From Malacoraja senta (lineage: Eukaryota), in NCBI GenBank assembly GCA_038087875.1, contig CM075989.1:12216001-12280000 (forward strand): a stretch of 64,000 nt of DNA, in the 5' to 3' direction. Under the pieces are notes generated by a model. The model was not told where the DNA came from and did no database searches. It saw only the letters and a program-made list of their open reading frames with translations. Each line of letters begins with the position of its first letter. Positions within the stretch are counted from its first letter, which is position 1. Position numbers and translations under genes: made by a program. This document shows positions 1 to 12,900 of this stretch, in pieces.

Positions 1-827
1 ATCAAACTTCTGTAAGTGTATGGTGGAAAGTACACCAATTGGTTGCATCAGGGCTTGTTTGGTCACTCAAACACCCAAGAATGAAGGAGGCTACAGAAAG
101 TGGTGAACACTGTTGTATTTTTCTATGTTCATCCCAGGTATTGACCTCACTACCATCAAAAGGATGCCACTGACGGCTGTGGAGGGCAAGTCAGTGGATT
201 GATTAGTAAGGGTGTCAGGGGTTATGGGGGGGAAGGCAGGAGAATGAGGTTGAGAGGGAAAGATAGATCAGCCACGATTGGATGTTGGAGTAGACGATGG
301 TCCAAATGGCCTATTTCTGCTCCTAGAACATATAAACATGATGCTCTGGATGCACTTCCTCAGGCAGCTGCAAATGTCATCAAAGATGTCACCAAACCAC
401 CCTGGCCAGGCTCGCTGCCAACTTGGGAAATGTAGTACAGGAGCCTGAGAACTGTTAACTCTAAGTACAAGAACAGCTTCTTCCCAGCAACCATTTAGCT
501 CTGCACACTGTACCTCAGCAACAACTATTATGGATTTTGTTTGGGTTGCGCCGTGTACTTTGGTTTGTGCTATTATGGTCTGGTTACATAGTATTACTGA
601 TTATTTATTCTATTATTGATTATTTTATATTTATTTGTTGTGTTAGTGTGTTAATGTGCCTGTAAAGCTGCAGCAAGTAAGAATGACATTGTTCCGTTCC
701 CAGTGCATATGACAATTAAATACTCTTGACTCTATCCAACATTAGTAAGTGGAATCTATGTATCACTATGCTCTCTTAATGGGAAAACCTAATCCACAGG
801 CAGCATCTGTCCCGCGGGAATACATAC

Positions 828-936
828 TTTCCCTCATTCTAGTCCAAAGCTGCTCCGCAAAATCAAGATCACCACGTTCAGGCGTAAATGACGAATGGAT
901 GGTTGATTCAACAGCAGCTGCATCACTTCTCAATTT
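828..936 (-). CDS. ZWILCH: ZWILCH exon 11 ([10 protein letters not shown]...[16 protein letters not shown])
   Basis: 109 nt, CAG acceptor, GTATGT donor. Confidence 0.92.
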
Positions 937-3900
937 CTGATGCAAAACAATCAAAAATTAATTAAAACAAAATCCTGGTCAAAAATCTATTGCTAGTACA
1001 GGTCCACTACTGATTTTCCAGCACCTTTGGTTCTAGACCTTTTCTGGATTATCCGTTTTGCCAGATCGACATACATCACGGCCTCTGAAAGGAGTCCAAC
1101 GTTACCAGAAAAGTCCATTCAGGCCGCCAAGGGGCCGAGATACGGGCCCACAGAGTTGGCCTCGGCTGGAGTTCCATAGCCCCGGTCGCAGGGGACAAAT
1201 CTGATCTGCCAATTAGCCGTGGAAGTTGGATATGGGAACGGAGTTCCAGAGCCCCAGCCGCACGGGGCAAATTTGACATTTCGATCAAGTGCCGATGACG
1301 TTGAGATTGGCTGCCTCACTCGGCCTAGGCACTACATTTTCAGAGGGATTTCAAGTTCTCTCGCAATTTTGTCCGGATTAAGAAGGTGTCAAACTACCAG
1401 TGGCCGGAAAATCAGTGGCGGACCTGTATCTTAGATTATTTGAATGATATATTGTATTCCATGGTGCTGCTATCGTATTATGATACTAAATGTTGCAAAC
1501 AGTTATTCACAGAAGAGATTTACCACAAAATCCTGTCAGCTCAAAACGGAAATTCCAAACATATATGAAAATAACTTACAAATTGACAAGTATCCAGAGT
1601 ATTTGCAGTACACAGAAACATGTTGAAAATATGTCTTACACTTTACATGACTTACACTAATTTTTTTCTAAACTTATTTAAAATTATTCTATTAAACCTT
1701 TTTAAATCTATGAAATGGATGGTTTAGATACTGAATTAAATAGTCTTTTGTAACTCATTTATATTGAACACCTTTAAACTAAGTACAATAGAAACATAAC
1801 ATAGATTTAACATTCTATCTCCTATTTTTAAACAACAAAACATCAATGAATATCCCCCAGCATGAACACCCCTCACTTTGTGGAGGACAAAGAAAAGGAA
1901 ACTCTGCTGCCATTTATAACCAAAATGTTTAGAAGGCATAAGCATGCTACTTCAGGCATGTTATTTGTAAAATAATATCCATTGACAAAAATAAATCAAA
2001 ACAGACTCAATCAATCAATCAATCAATTGTCGTCTTTTTTGGTGCTAGGGGTGATGAGATTAACAGGTGATGAGATTTTAATATTAACATATTAGAATAG
2101 CTCAGCCGTCATTCCTGAATTGTGCCTTGAGTTAGGGGAAGGGCTAAGGAATGTTAAAAGATGAGGCATTTGCCACAGGATACCACCAGGCCTTTCACCT
2201 ATTCTTAAGGACACATTTATGTGTCTGGTCCAGTTGAGTTTCAGGGCATTGTGACCATCAAAAATGTTGATAAAGCACACAAGAAAGATAATACCATTGG
2301 ATATCATGGTGAAGTGGTTAGACTCTCTATTCGATGCTGTCACAAATGTCACTGCCACTTTTCAGCCCATGGCTGAATATTGTCTAGGTCTTATTGCATG
2401 CAGGCATGGACTGATTTATTTACTGAGGAGATATAAATGAAATTGAACATTGTGTAAGTGAACATATCCACTTCTGAATGTATGGTGGAAGAAAGGCCAT
2501 TGATGAAGGAACTGAAAACGATTGTGCTTGGGAAAATTATCCTTGGAAACTCCTACAATTATGTCTTATGATCGATTTCCAACTACCAGAATTATATTTT
2601 GTTGTGGAAGATATAACTCCAATGACTGGAGTGATTGCATCTTGATGCCTGTTTGGTTATACCAGGGCACCTTCATGTAACACTCAGGAATTAAACCTTT
2701 GGTACACGTTGAACCAATGTCAGAAAGAAGTAAAACTATACAGCATGGAAACAGGCCTTTCTATCCAACTTGTCCATACTGACCTAATTACCGAACCAAG
2801 CTAGTTCCACTTCCCTGCACTTGGCCATATCCCTCCAAACCTTTCCTATCCTTGTACCTGTCTGTCTATGGGTCTTTTAACTGTTATAATCATACCTGCC
2901 TCTCCCACTTTCACTGGCAGTTTGCTCCATATAGAAATATATACCACCCTCTGTGTGAAAAACATAGAAACATAGAAACATAGAAATTAGGTGCAGGAGT
3001 AGGCCATTCGGCCCTTCGAGCCTGCACCGCCATTCAATATGATCATGGCTGATCATCCAACTCAGTATCCCGTACCTGCCTTCTCTCCATACCCTCTGAT
3101 CCCTTTAGCCACAAGGGCCACATCTAACTCCCTCTTAAATATAGCCAATGAACTGGCCTCGACTACCCTCTGTGGCAGAGAGTTCCAGAGATTCACCACT
3201 CACTGTGTGAAAAAAGTTCTTCTCATCTCGGTTTTAAAGGATTTCCCCCTTATCCTTAAGCTGTGACCCCTTGTCCTGGACTTCCCCAACATCGGGAGCA
3301 ATCTTCCTGCCTTAAAGGCCCTTTACGTGCCTTTTCAATTTCCCCTCACGTTAAACCTGTTCCCTCTAGTTTTAGAATCCCCTATCCTGAGAGAAAGACT
3401 GTGGTGATTCGCCTTACATGTGATTTTATAAATGTCTATGAGATCACCCTCAATCTCCAGGAATAAAATACCCAGCCTTTCCAACTTCACCTTACAATGC
3501 AAACATTCCAGACTGGGAAACAACCTTGGAAAACTTTTAAAGTACCTTTTTCAGTTTGATGACATAATTCCCAATAGCGGGATAACTGTACGCCAAACGT
3601 GGCCTCACCAACACTTTGTACCCTAACATGACATCCCAAGTCCTGTACTCAGTATACTACCCAAAGAGGGCAGGCATGCCTAATGCCTCGTTTACCATCC
3701 TGTCTACCTGTGGTGACACTTTCATGGAACTGTGTACATGCACCCCTGGGTCTCTTTGTTCTGCAACTCTCCCCAGGTCCATACCATTTTTATGCATGAA
3801 CTGCTGTGGTTTGTCTCACCAAAACACAACACATCACATTAATTCAAATTAAATTCAAACTGCAATTCCTCACTCTATTGGAACAGTCAATCGAGATCCT

Positions 3901-6900
3901 GTTGTAATGATAGACAACCTTCTTCACTGTCCACTTTACAATCAGGTACATGGATAGGAAAGGTTTAGAGAGATGTAGGCCAAACGCTGGCAGGTGGGAT
4001 TAGTATAGATGGAGCACTTTGGCCAGCATGGGCAAGCTGGGTCAAGGGGCTTGTTTCTGTGTTGTATGATTCTAAGACTAACAATTTTGCTGTAATTCAC
4101 AAATTCACTAAACGTGTTACCTACATTCACATCTACATCATTATTATAAATAACAGTGGACTCAGAACAAATTCCTATTCCACTTATTATAGGCCAACAG
4201 TGTGAAAACAACCCTCTACAACCATGCTGTGTCTCCTACCTTCAATCAGTTTTGTGTCAAATTGGTTAGCTTGGCCTGGATCCCATGTGACTTAACGTTC
4301 CAGACCAGTCAAATTTGTGAAGCACGATATCCCATGCACTAAGCCATGCTGACTATCACTAATCAGTCCTTGCTTTTCCAATTGCATATTGATCCTGTCT
4401 CTGAGAATCCTCTCCAAAAACTTACCCATCATTGATGCAGAGCTCAATGGTCTGAGTTCTCAGGGTTTTCTTTGCAGCCTTTCTTACCTATAGGAACAAC
4501 ATTAGCTATCCTCCAGTCTTCTGGCTCCTCACCCTTGGCTATCAATGATAGAAATATCTCTGCCGGTGGCCTCATAATTTCTTGCTTAGCATTTCATAAT
4601 GTACTAGGATACACTTGATCAGGTCCCTAGGGTTTATCCATGTGTTCTTAAACCTCCAGCACATCCTCTTCTGTAATATGGACTCTCTTTGACATGATCA
4701 TTAAATTCCCCGAGTTCCCTAAAATCCATATCCTTCACCACGGTAAAGAGGGTAGCACAGTGGCACAGAGATAGAGTTGCTGTCTTACGGTGCCAGAGGA
4801 CCGGGTTCGATCCTGACTATGAGTGCTGTCTGTTGGAGTTTGCATGTTTCCCTGTGATCACGTGGGTTTTCTCCATGTGCTCCAGTTTCCTCCAACATTC
4901 CAAAGACGTGCAGGTTTGTAGGTTAATTGGCTTCTGTAAATTGTCCACAGAGTGTAGGATAGAACTAATGCAAGGGTGATCATTGGTTGGCACAGACTCA
5001 GTGGGCCTGTTCCCACACTGTATCTCTAAACTAAACTAAAAAATGAGATGAGAAATATTCATTTAATACCTTGCCCAGCTCCTATGGCTCCATGTACAGA
5101 TGGCCTTGTTGATCATTGTGGCCCTATTCTCTCCCTAGAATACACTTTAGAGCCTCTATCTCATGTCCCCTTTTTGCCCTCCTGATTTCCCTCTTAAATG
5201 TATTATTATACCCCCTCCCCATTTTCCTTAAGGGATACATTTGATCCCAGCTGCCTCTACATGACATACAGCTCCTTTTTCTTGACCAGAGCCTCAACTC
5301 TTGTCATCCGTTTCCTACTCCTGCCAGCCTTGACCTTTACTCTAACAGGGACATGTATGCCTTGAACTTTCACTATTACACTTTTAAAAGCTTCCCGCTA
5401 ACTAGAGAACCTTTTGCCAGCAAACAGCCTCCCCCACTAAACTTGTTGAAGTTCCTGTCTAATACAGATGCTGCGATGAGATCCAAAGCCATGATCCAGG
5501 CAAAATTGAAACTGCAAATCCAATTTTAAGATTTTGTTTTGTTTTTTTAATTGCATCGCACCAAAGAGGAAGTATTGAAATGAATAATTAATGTGGTCCT
5601 GAAATAGCATCTGTACATTTATGAAAATGGTAGATCCGGAGAAGATTGAACTAACAGGATTCACTCGTACAAGATCAGGGACAATGTACTCCGTATTAGT
5701 CCTCAGGTAACCATAATCAGACACGCAGGCCTGAGATATTATTGTGCTACATGGGGAATGTGGTTAAACATACGGAGGGAGTAGCAGAGGTATTCCCATG
5801 ATGATCCAGAGGCCTCGTCTGCAGCAGAGGAATACACAAATTATGAGACCACCAAAATGGCCAATAAGGCATAAAGTTTTACCTAGCACTAGCCCACTCA
5901 AGAATGATATTCTATACAAAACATAAAAGACTTATGAAGGTCCATTTTTATCTCACTACAGTAACTGCAACTGTGCGGATAAGGGAAAAAAAACAAATTA
6001 TTATTACTAGAGATATCTTCATCATTAAATGATGGTGCGAGTCTGTGCAGCGTCTGTGTTATTTTACTTAAAGCTAGCTCTGGAGTGTATTCCTTAGCAA
6101 CAGAGATATTGCCAGAAAACTCCCCAAGGATGTTCCCATGGTAATCAAGTGAATAATTAGAACGACGACAAAGCCTGTTCATGCGACCATCAGAAAAGTG
6201 GCTCTTCTTGATGAGCAGATTAAGTAGGATTAATTATGTTAGCAGCAACTGATCATGTACTTATCTGCTTTTGAGTGTCACATCGCCAATAACTAGATGT
6301 CTGTGCAATAAATAAAGATGCTGCAACTGATCTCCAAATGTGTATATTAATTGGGGAGAGTGTGTGGACGACTCCTGCTGAGGTACAAGATTGATTGAAA
6401 TAAATATGCTTCTGCTTGATCTAAGAGCTGATATTCTGTAAGTGATACTTTGCTCTATAACAACACAATCAGTTTTGCTTTTCCACAGAGCACTTTTAAA
6501 ATAAAATTCAAAGTTACATTTACTATGCCTAACCCCAGCAAAAGATTTCCTTTATCCAAATATCATACCTCTGTGTCAATTCTCTTTGGCTGATGTTGAG
6601 AAGCAGTGATTTGGTTCTTCAGGTCTGCGTCAGACATGAAATGTAAAAAAGAATGATACCATGCTAAGATAAGCAAGACAACACAAAAGTCTATTCATGG
6701 AGGAAGGCAATGTTTCCATGTTACACCACTGGCGTGCTGAAAGCTTCAGAAAGATTTTGACAATTATTCAAGTACTTATTGAAAAGGAGAAATGGCAGAT
6801 CATTTTGAGAAAAAAAGTCTCTGGAGCTTTCTAAGCCATTTTACAAAGGGGACAGCTCTACTTTCATTCTCAACTTCCAAACTCAAGCCTTTGCTGGGAG

Positions 6901-9900
6901 AATGAAACCGGCATACTGTACCATTTAAAAAATCATGGAAGAGTGTTTCATTCCTCATCATCAATACCACACCGCTGTGTACATCGAAGATTAAGTTTTT
7001 ATTCCAATTGCAATGGAATGTTTTGAAATTTAAAGTACGCCAGTTGAGGGGATTTTTGAAATCACGAGGTAAATTTCTACCGGAATATGTAAAAATGTCA
7101 CCGTTTCGGCGTTGGGTGTTCGAGGAGAGTTTTAATAAGTACTAGACTAAGTGGGACCTGTTGGGTCCAAGCATATCACGGGAGGGCTGGTCCCCCAACG
7201 CAATATTCCACCTCTCCACCAATTCCAATATTGGTGGCCAGTGGGGAGGGGGGAGCTTTCTGGAGCGGTAGTATGGGTGTTGTGCGCTGAAGGGACTGGT
7301 TTCCAGAGGGCTAGTATGGACAAGACTAGGCTTGTATTCATTGGAGTTTAGTAGGATGAGGGGGATCTTATAAAAACATATAAAATTATAAAAGGACTGG
7401 ATAAGCTAGATGCAGGAAAAATGTTCCCAATGTTGGGCGAGTCCAGAACCAGGGACCACAGTCTTAGAATAAAGGGGAGGTCATTTAAGACTGAGGTGAG
7501 AAAAAACTTTTTCACCCAGAGAGTTGTGAATTTATGGAATTCCCTGCCACAGAGGGCAGTGGAGGCCAAGTCACTGGATGGATTTAAGAGAGAGTTAGAT
7601 AGAGCTCTAGTGGCTAGTGGAGTCAAGGGATATGGGGTGAAGGCAGGCACGGGTTATTGATAGGGGACGATCAGCCATGATCACAATGAAATGGCGGTGC
7701 TGGCTCGAAGGGCCGAATGGCCTCCTCCTGCACCTATTTTTAATGTTTCTATGACATTGTGGGCTGATTCTTGGGCTGGCGGCTCAGTCACTCAAGTCTG
7801 TTGTGTTGGCAGCTCACTCACTCACGACTGGTGGGCTGGCAGTTAACTCACGGCTATTCCTTGAAATTCCATTTCAAACAGGGTGCAAGGCCACCAAATT
7901 CAAGTGCAGTTTCATACCATTTCAAGCAGGGTGCAAGGCCACTATAGACAGTGAGTCGTGACCTCTCCCTCCCCCATCTTGCAGAGACTGAGCCACGCCC
8001 ACACTTCCGGGTTTTACAGTCCCTCCCCCCTCCCACCAGAAGGGACGTGGCCTTCATGGCGTGATTGACAGGAGAGAGAATCTCAACATTTTTTAAACAC
8101 TAATAACTTTTTTTATTTTTCATCGATGGGAAAAATCCTCGTCCTGCGCAGTGGAGGGGGACTCTGAGCACGATGGCCAAAAATCACAGCCGTAAGTGGC
8201 AGCGTTTTTTCTAAAATCAATATACAGCACAACAGGAAGTGGTCAAGATGAGACTTTTAGTAATATAGATATGATATAGAGATCTCCATACCATATCTAC
8301 ATTACTAAAAGTCTCATCTTGACCAGGGGAGTAGAGAGGGAGGGGAGGAGAGGGGGTAGTGAGGGAGGGGAGGGGAGTAGAGAGGGAGCCACCCTACCAC
8401 CTCCTCTCCCTATCCCCTCCTCTCCCTCAATCTCCCACACTCCCTCCTCACCTCCCCAGGACCTTTCCCCTCTCCACCGCACTCCCCACTCCATCTCCCT
8501 CCTCCAGCCCTCCCCATCTCCCTCCTCAACATCCCCCTCCCCATCTCCTTCTACCACCCCACTCCCCACCCCATCTCCCTCATCCTCCTCCCCACCCCCA
8601 TTCCCTGCCCCAGCACCTACCCAGGTCGTAGAGCAGTGCCAGGGATTCAGCCTGGTTCACATACTCAGCCCAGCCCTGGCTGTGGACTCCAGCCGTCAGG
8701 TCGGCCGCCGACTGGGCTCCAGTCCAGGTCCCGACTTCACCTCCGGGCTTGTCCCTAACCCCGGACCTTGGTTCCAGCAGCGGCTTCTTTCTCGGCCCCA
8801 GTCACGGCTCCATCCCAAGCCCCGAGTTCGGCCCTCATTCCAGCTACTGCACCAGGCTCAGCTCTAACCCAGGCCCAGTCCCTGGGCTCGGCCCACTCCA
8901 CCACCCTCTCCACCAGGTACTGGGCGGCCGTCGGGCGCCGCCACTCCTCGTTCACCACGAGCACTGGAAAGCCCCTCCCGTCCCACCTGGCGAGTGCATT
9001 TTTTCCGAAATGGGTACGTTTTTGGGGCTGTTTTTTTAATTTAAAGGATTGATAACTTCGGAAATATAGGTGGGAATGCGACGGGAATATGTTTATCGCC
9101 ACAACGAGAAAAATGTGAGTAGGATGTGTGAAAATGGGAAGGCTGTGGCCTAGCGTTTGGAAGTAGATAGGAAAACCAGATTGACACATCGTGGGCACAA
9201 ACAAGACGAAGACTTTTAGGTATATAGAGATATCTCAACTGATGTATTTTAAATTAATATTATAGCTACAGAGAATAAACCAAATCAGCAGCTTTCATTA
9301 GTATTATTAATACTATGTGGCGGAGTAAATTGCCAAATCATCCATGGGCTTAATCACATAAATACTTCTGTTAAGATCTATTTGATTATACATTCAAATC
9401 ATTTCACCAAATTAAAGCAGATATTGCTCAAATATGAAAACTTTGTACCTTCGATTAATTCTTTCACAACTTCAACTGCAGATTTTTCTTCCAGAACCTC
9501 TGGCCAGCCAGTTTCACCTGTTTTCAGTCCTTCAGCTAAAACCTGTTACAAAGCACATGGGAAACAAGTTCAAGTTACATTCATTGTCACATGCATCAAT
9601 TGGTACAGCGAGATTTGAGTTACCATACAGCCATACAATAAAAATAACACAATACAAATAACACAAGTGGCTGTCCCACTTGGGCGACCTAATCTGCGAG
9701 TCCAGAAGAGTGTCTTCGACCTTCAAGCTCGAGGGCACTCGCCTGGAAAGCCTCGAGCTGGATCGACCGTCCGCGTTGAAACCGTGAGCTGGATCGACCG
9801 ACCGCACACACACACACAAACACATCGCAAAGGCGGGGGCCAGGGAAAGCGGGGGAGCGCTCTGAAAATCACACCCGCGATGAAGAAGAAGGTAAAACGG

Positions 9901-12900
9901 CTGCACAGTGTAAGGCAAGTCCTTTAGAGAGCGCGGGGGGGGGGGAGGAAGAGAGGGGGGAGAGAAGGGGGAGGAGAAGGGGGGAGAAGGGGGGGAGAAG
10001 GGGGGGAGAAGGGGGGGAGAAGGGGGGGAGAAGGGGGGGGAGAAGGGGGGGGAGAAGGGAGGGGGGGAGAAGGAGTGGAGACACTTTTAAGAAGTATAAT
10101 AATGTTTAGTGGGCATTTTGCCTACTGGTAGGTCTTCCTTGGTCCTTGAAATTCCAATGAGCCAATCAAATTGTCCGGTCAGCAAAGGAGATTGCCTACG
10201 ACTGCCCTCGACTGCCTGTAAGTAAATAGCAACCCCATTCCACTGCACTACAAGTTAAAAAGACCCATGCCGACCAAATTTTACTCGCGGAAAAATTTTC
10301 AACATGCTGAGGCCACGAGTATTCGGGAACTTCCCTCGAGCATGAAGGAGAGTTCCAGCAACCTCATAGGACCTCCTAGGACCACGTGTCGACCATGCTG
10401 CGAGTTTGAAGGTCGAAGACACTCTTCTAAACTCGCAGATTAGGTCGCCCAAGTGGGACAGCCCCTTTAACATAAACATACCCACACAGCGGAATCAACG
10501 TTCCCAATGTGAGGGAAGGCAATAAAGTTCAGTCATCTTCCTTTTTGTTCACTCATGGTTGGGGCCTTTGAACCCTTCGCAGTCGCCGCTACGGGCGGCC
10601 CGATGTTCAGGCCCTCTCGCCGGGATGATGGAACTCCAACGTCAGAACGGAAGAACCCTCTCAGCGGCTTGGAGTTTCCAAATCGGCCGCTTCCTACCGG
10701 AAACCGCAGCTCCCGAAGTCCACAGGCCGAGCTGGACGGAGCTCCAACACTGGCGATCCCAGGACTCCGCGATATTAAAGTCAGCGCCGCCCGCGGCTGG
10801 AAGCTCCGCAAACCACAGCTCCACGTCAGCTGGCCAAACACTCCGGATCTCCTCATGGTGATCCCGGTAAGGCATCACCCGCTCTGCGATGGTAATTCAG
10901 TGCTGCACCGCCGCTGAAGCTCTGGCATCCGGCAGGAAAGGCCATGCCAATCCAGATGGTAGGCCACGAGGGGCGAAGATGCGACTCGGAGAAGACGCAT
11001 CCCGACTAGGAAGTGGCTGGGAAACGGTTTCCCCCTTCCCCTTCCCACCTCCCCCACATAAAAAGACTAAGAAACCTCCAGGAACATACTTTTAAACAGA
11101 CTAAAAATAACAAAAAGGGTGAAAGGACGGACAGACCTCTGGCGAGGCTGTCGCTCGCGCCGCTACCCGATGACATGAGCTTTTCATATGGTTGAATACA
11201 ATGTTTTCAAAGCAATATTTATCTTTTGCAATCCACCCATTGTCTAGCTTTATTTTTTTTTAAGCACAATATTTTTTCTAAAGTTTCTCCCCATTTATTT
11301 TTAACTAATTTATGTGTTTGACTGCAGCCACATTGACTTTGTTCAAGTGCTGGCGCATGAAGTATCTAGGCATGAAAATACAAGCAATTACATGCAGAGA
11401 AACACCTGGGAAAGCTGTGCCTAACCCAGTCTTCATTAACATGCACACCCTTTCACCAGAGGAGTGATTGGATAAAGATCAGAACCAGGAAAAATAGTTG
11501 ATTTTTTTTCTCTATTGTTCCGACAAGGTATCCCACAGTTTCTCAAGAGAATTCAGTCCAATGTCTCATTGTGTGTTCTGCTGTATCTTGTATGAGATCT
11601 GAACCCAGAACCTTCCCTTTGGCATAAAAGCACTACCTACTTTTCCACACTGGCATACTGGTCACGGTGGAAAGTTCAAGAATACAAGTTTGTTAGGCAG
11701 GGGATTCAACGTAGCTAAATTATTCCCTTTGTGAACAATATACGCTGTGTATAAACACAAACTACCGAGCCTTACCAACATGAATATATTGGTATACATT
11801 TTTTAAGTTTTAATTCCAATATTAAATTCCACTGATTTTCTCTTACTACTTGCAGCATTCAGAGCAACAACACTGCCAGATATTAACACATGCTGATGAT
11901 ACAAAAGTGAGTGGTTTTGCAGATAGTGAAGATGGTTGTGAAAGATTATAGCAGGATCTGGATCGATTGGCCAGGTGGGCAGAGAAATGGTTGACGGAAT
12001 ATAATACAGAGAAGTGTGAGGTGTTGCATTTTTGGGACGTCAAACAACGGCAGAACCTACGCAGTAAACGGTGGTCCTCTGGGGAGTGTTGTAGAGCAGA
12101 GGGATCTAGGAGTGCATGTGCATGGTTCCTTGAAGGTCGAGTCGCAGGTAGATAATGTGGTCAAAAAGGCTTTTGGCCCATTGGCCTTCATCAGTCAGAG
12201 TATTGAGTACAGAGGTTGGGAGGTCATGTTGCAGTTGTATACCGCATTTAGAATATTGTGTTCAGTTCTGGGCACCATGTTATAGGAAAGATATTGTCAA
12301 GCTTGAAAGGGTTCAGAAAAGATTTACGAGGGTGTTGCCAGGACTAGAGGGTGTGAGCTATTGGGAGAGGTTGAGTAGGCTGGGTCTCTATTCCTTGGAG
12401 CATAGGAGGATGAGAGGTGATCTTATAGAGGTGTACAAAATCATGAAAGCAATAGATCGGGTAGATGCACAGAGTCACTTGCCCAGAGTAGGGGAATCGA
12501 GGACCAGAGGACATGGGTTCAAGGTGATGGGGAAAAGATTTAATAGGAATCCGAGGGGTAATTATTTCACACTGGGTGGGTGTATGGAACAAGCTGCCAG
12601 AGGAGGTAGTTGAGGCTAGGACTATCCCATCGTTTAAGAAATAGTTAGACAGGTACATGGATAGGACAGGTTTGGAGGGATATGGACCAAGCGCAGGCAG
12701 GTGGAACTAGTATAGCTGGGACGTGTTGGGCCGAAGGGCCTGTTTCCACACCATATCACTCTATGACATCCTAGAACTATGCTGCTGGTACATAGTTTGT
12801 CAGGTACAGGCTAAGGACGGAAACAGGTGTAGTTTATTCAACCAGTCTCCATCCCTCCATGCACCATGCCATCACCAACCACATTATATAATTGTGCTGC

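Noticed and set aside
4750..4830. tRNA-like A/B boxes (also at 61509)
   Set aside because: Heads of tRNA-derived SINEs; no cloverleaf, and they continue into the SINE core.
8297..9204. Pro/Ser-rich ORFs of 90-182 aa on both strands
   Set aside because: Low-complexity C-rich repeat interior; open in many frames, with no splice or homology support.
10533..11095. Cluster of overlapping 60-120 aa ORFs resembling a CpG island
   Set aside because: GC-rich body of an interspersed repeat (approx. 9567-11170); no recognisable protein.
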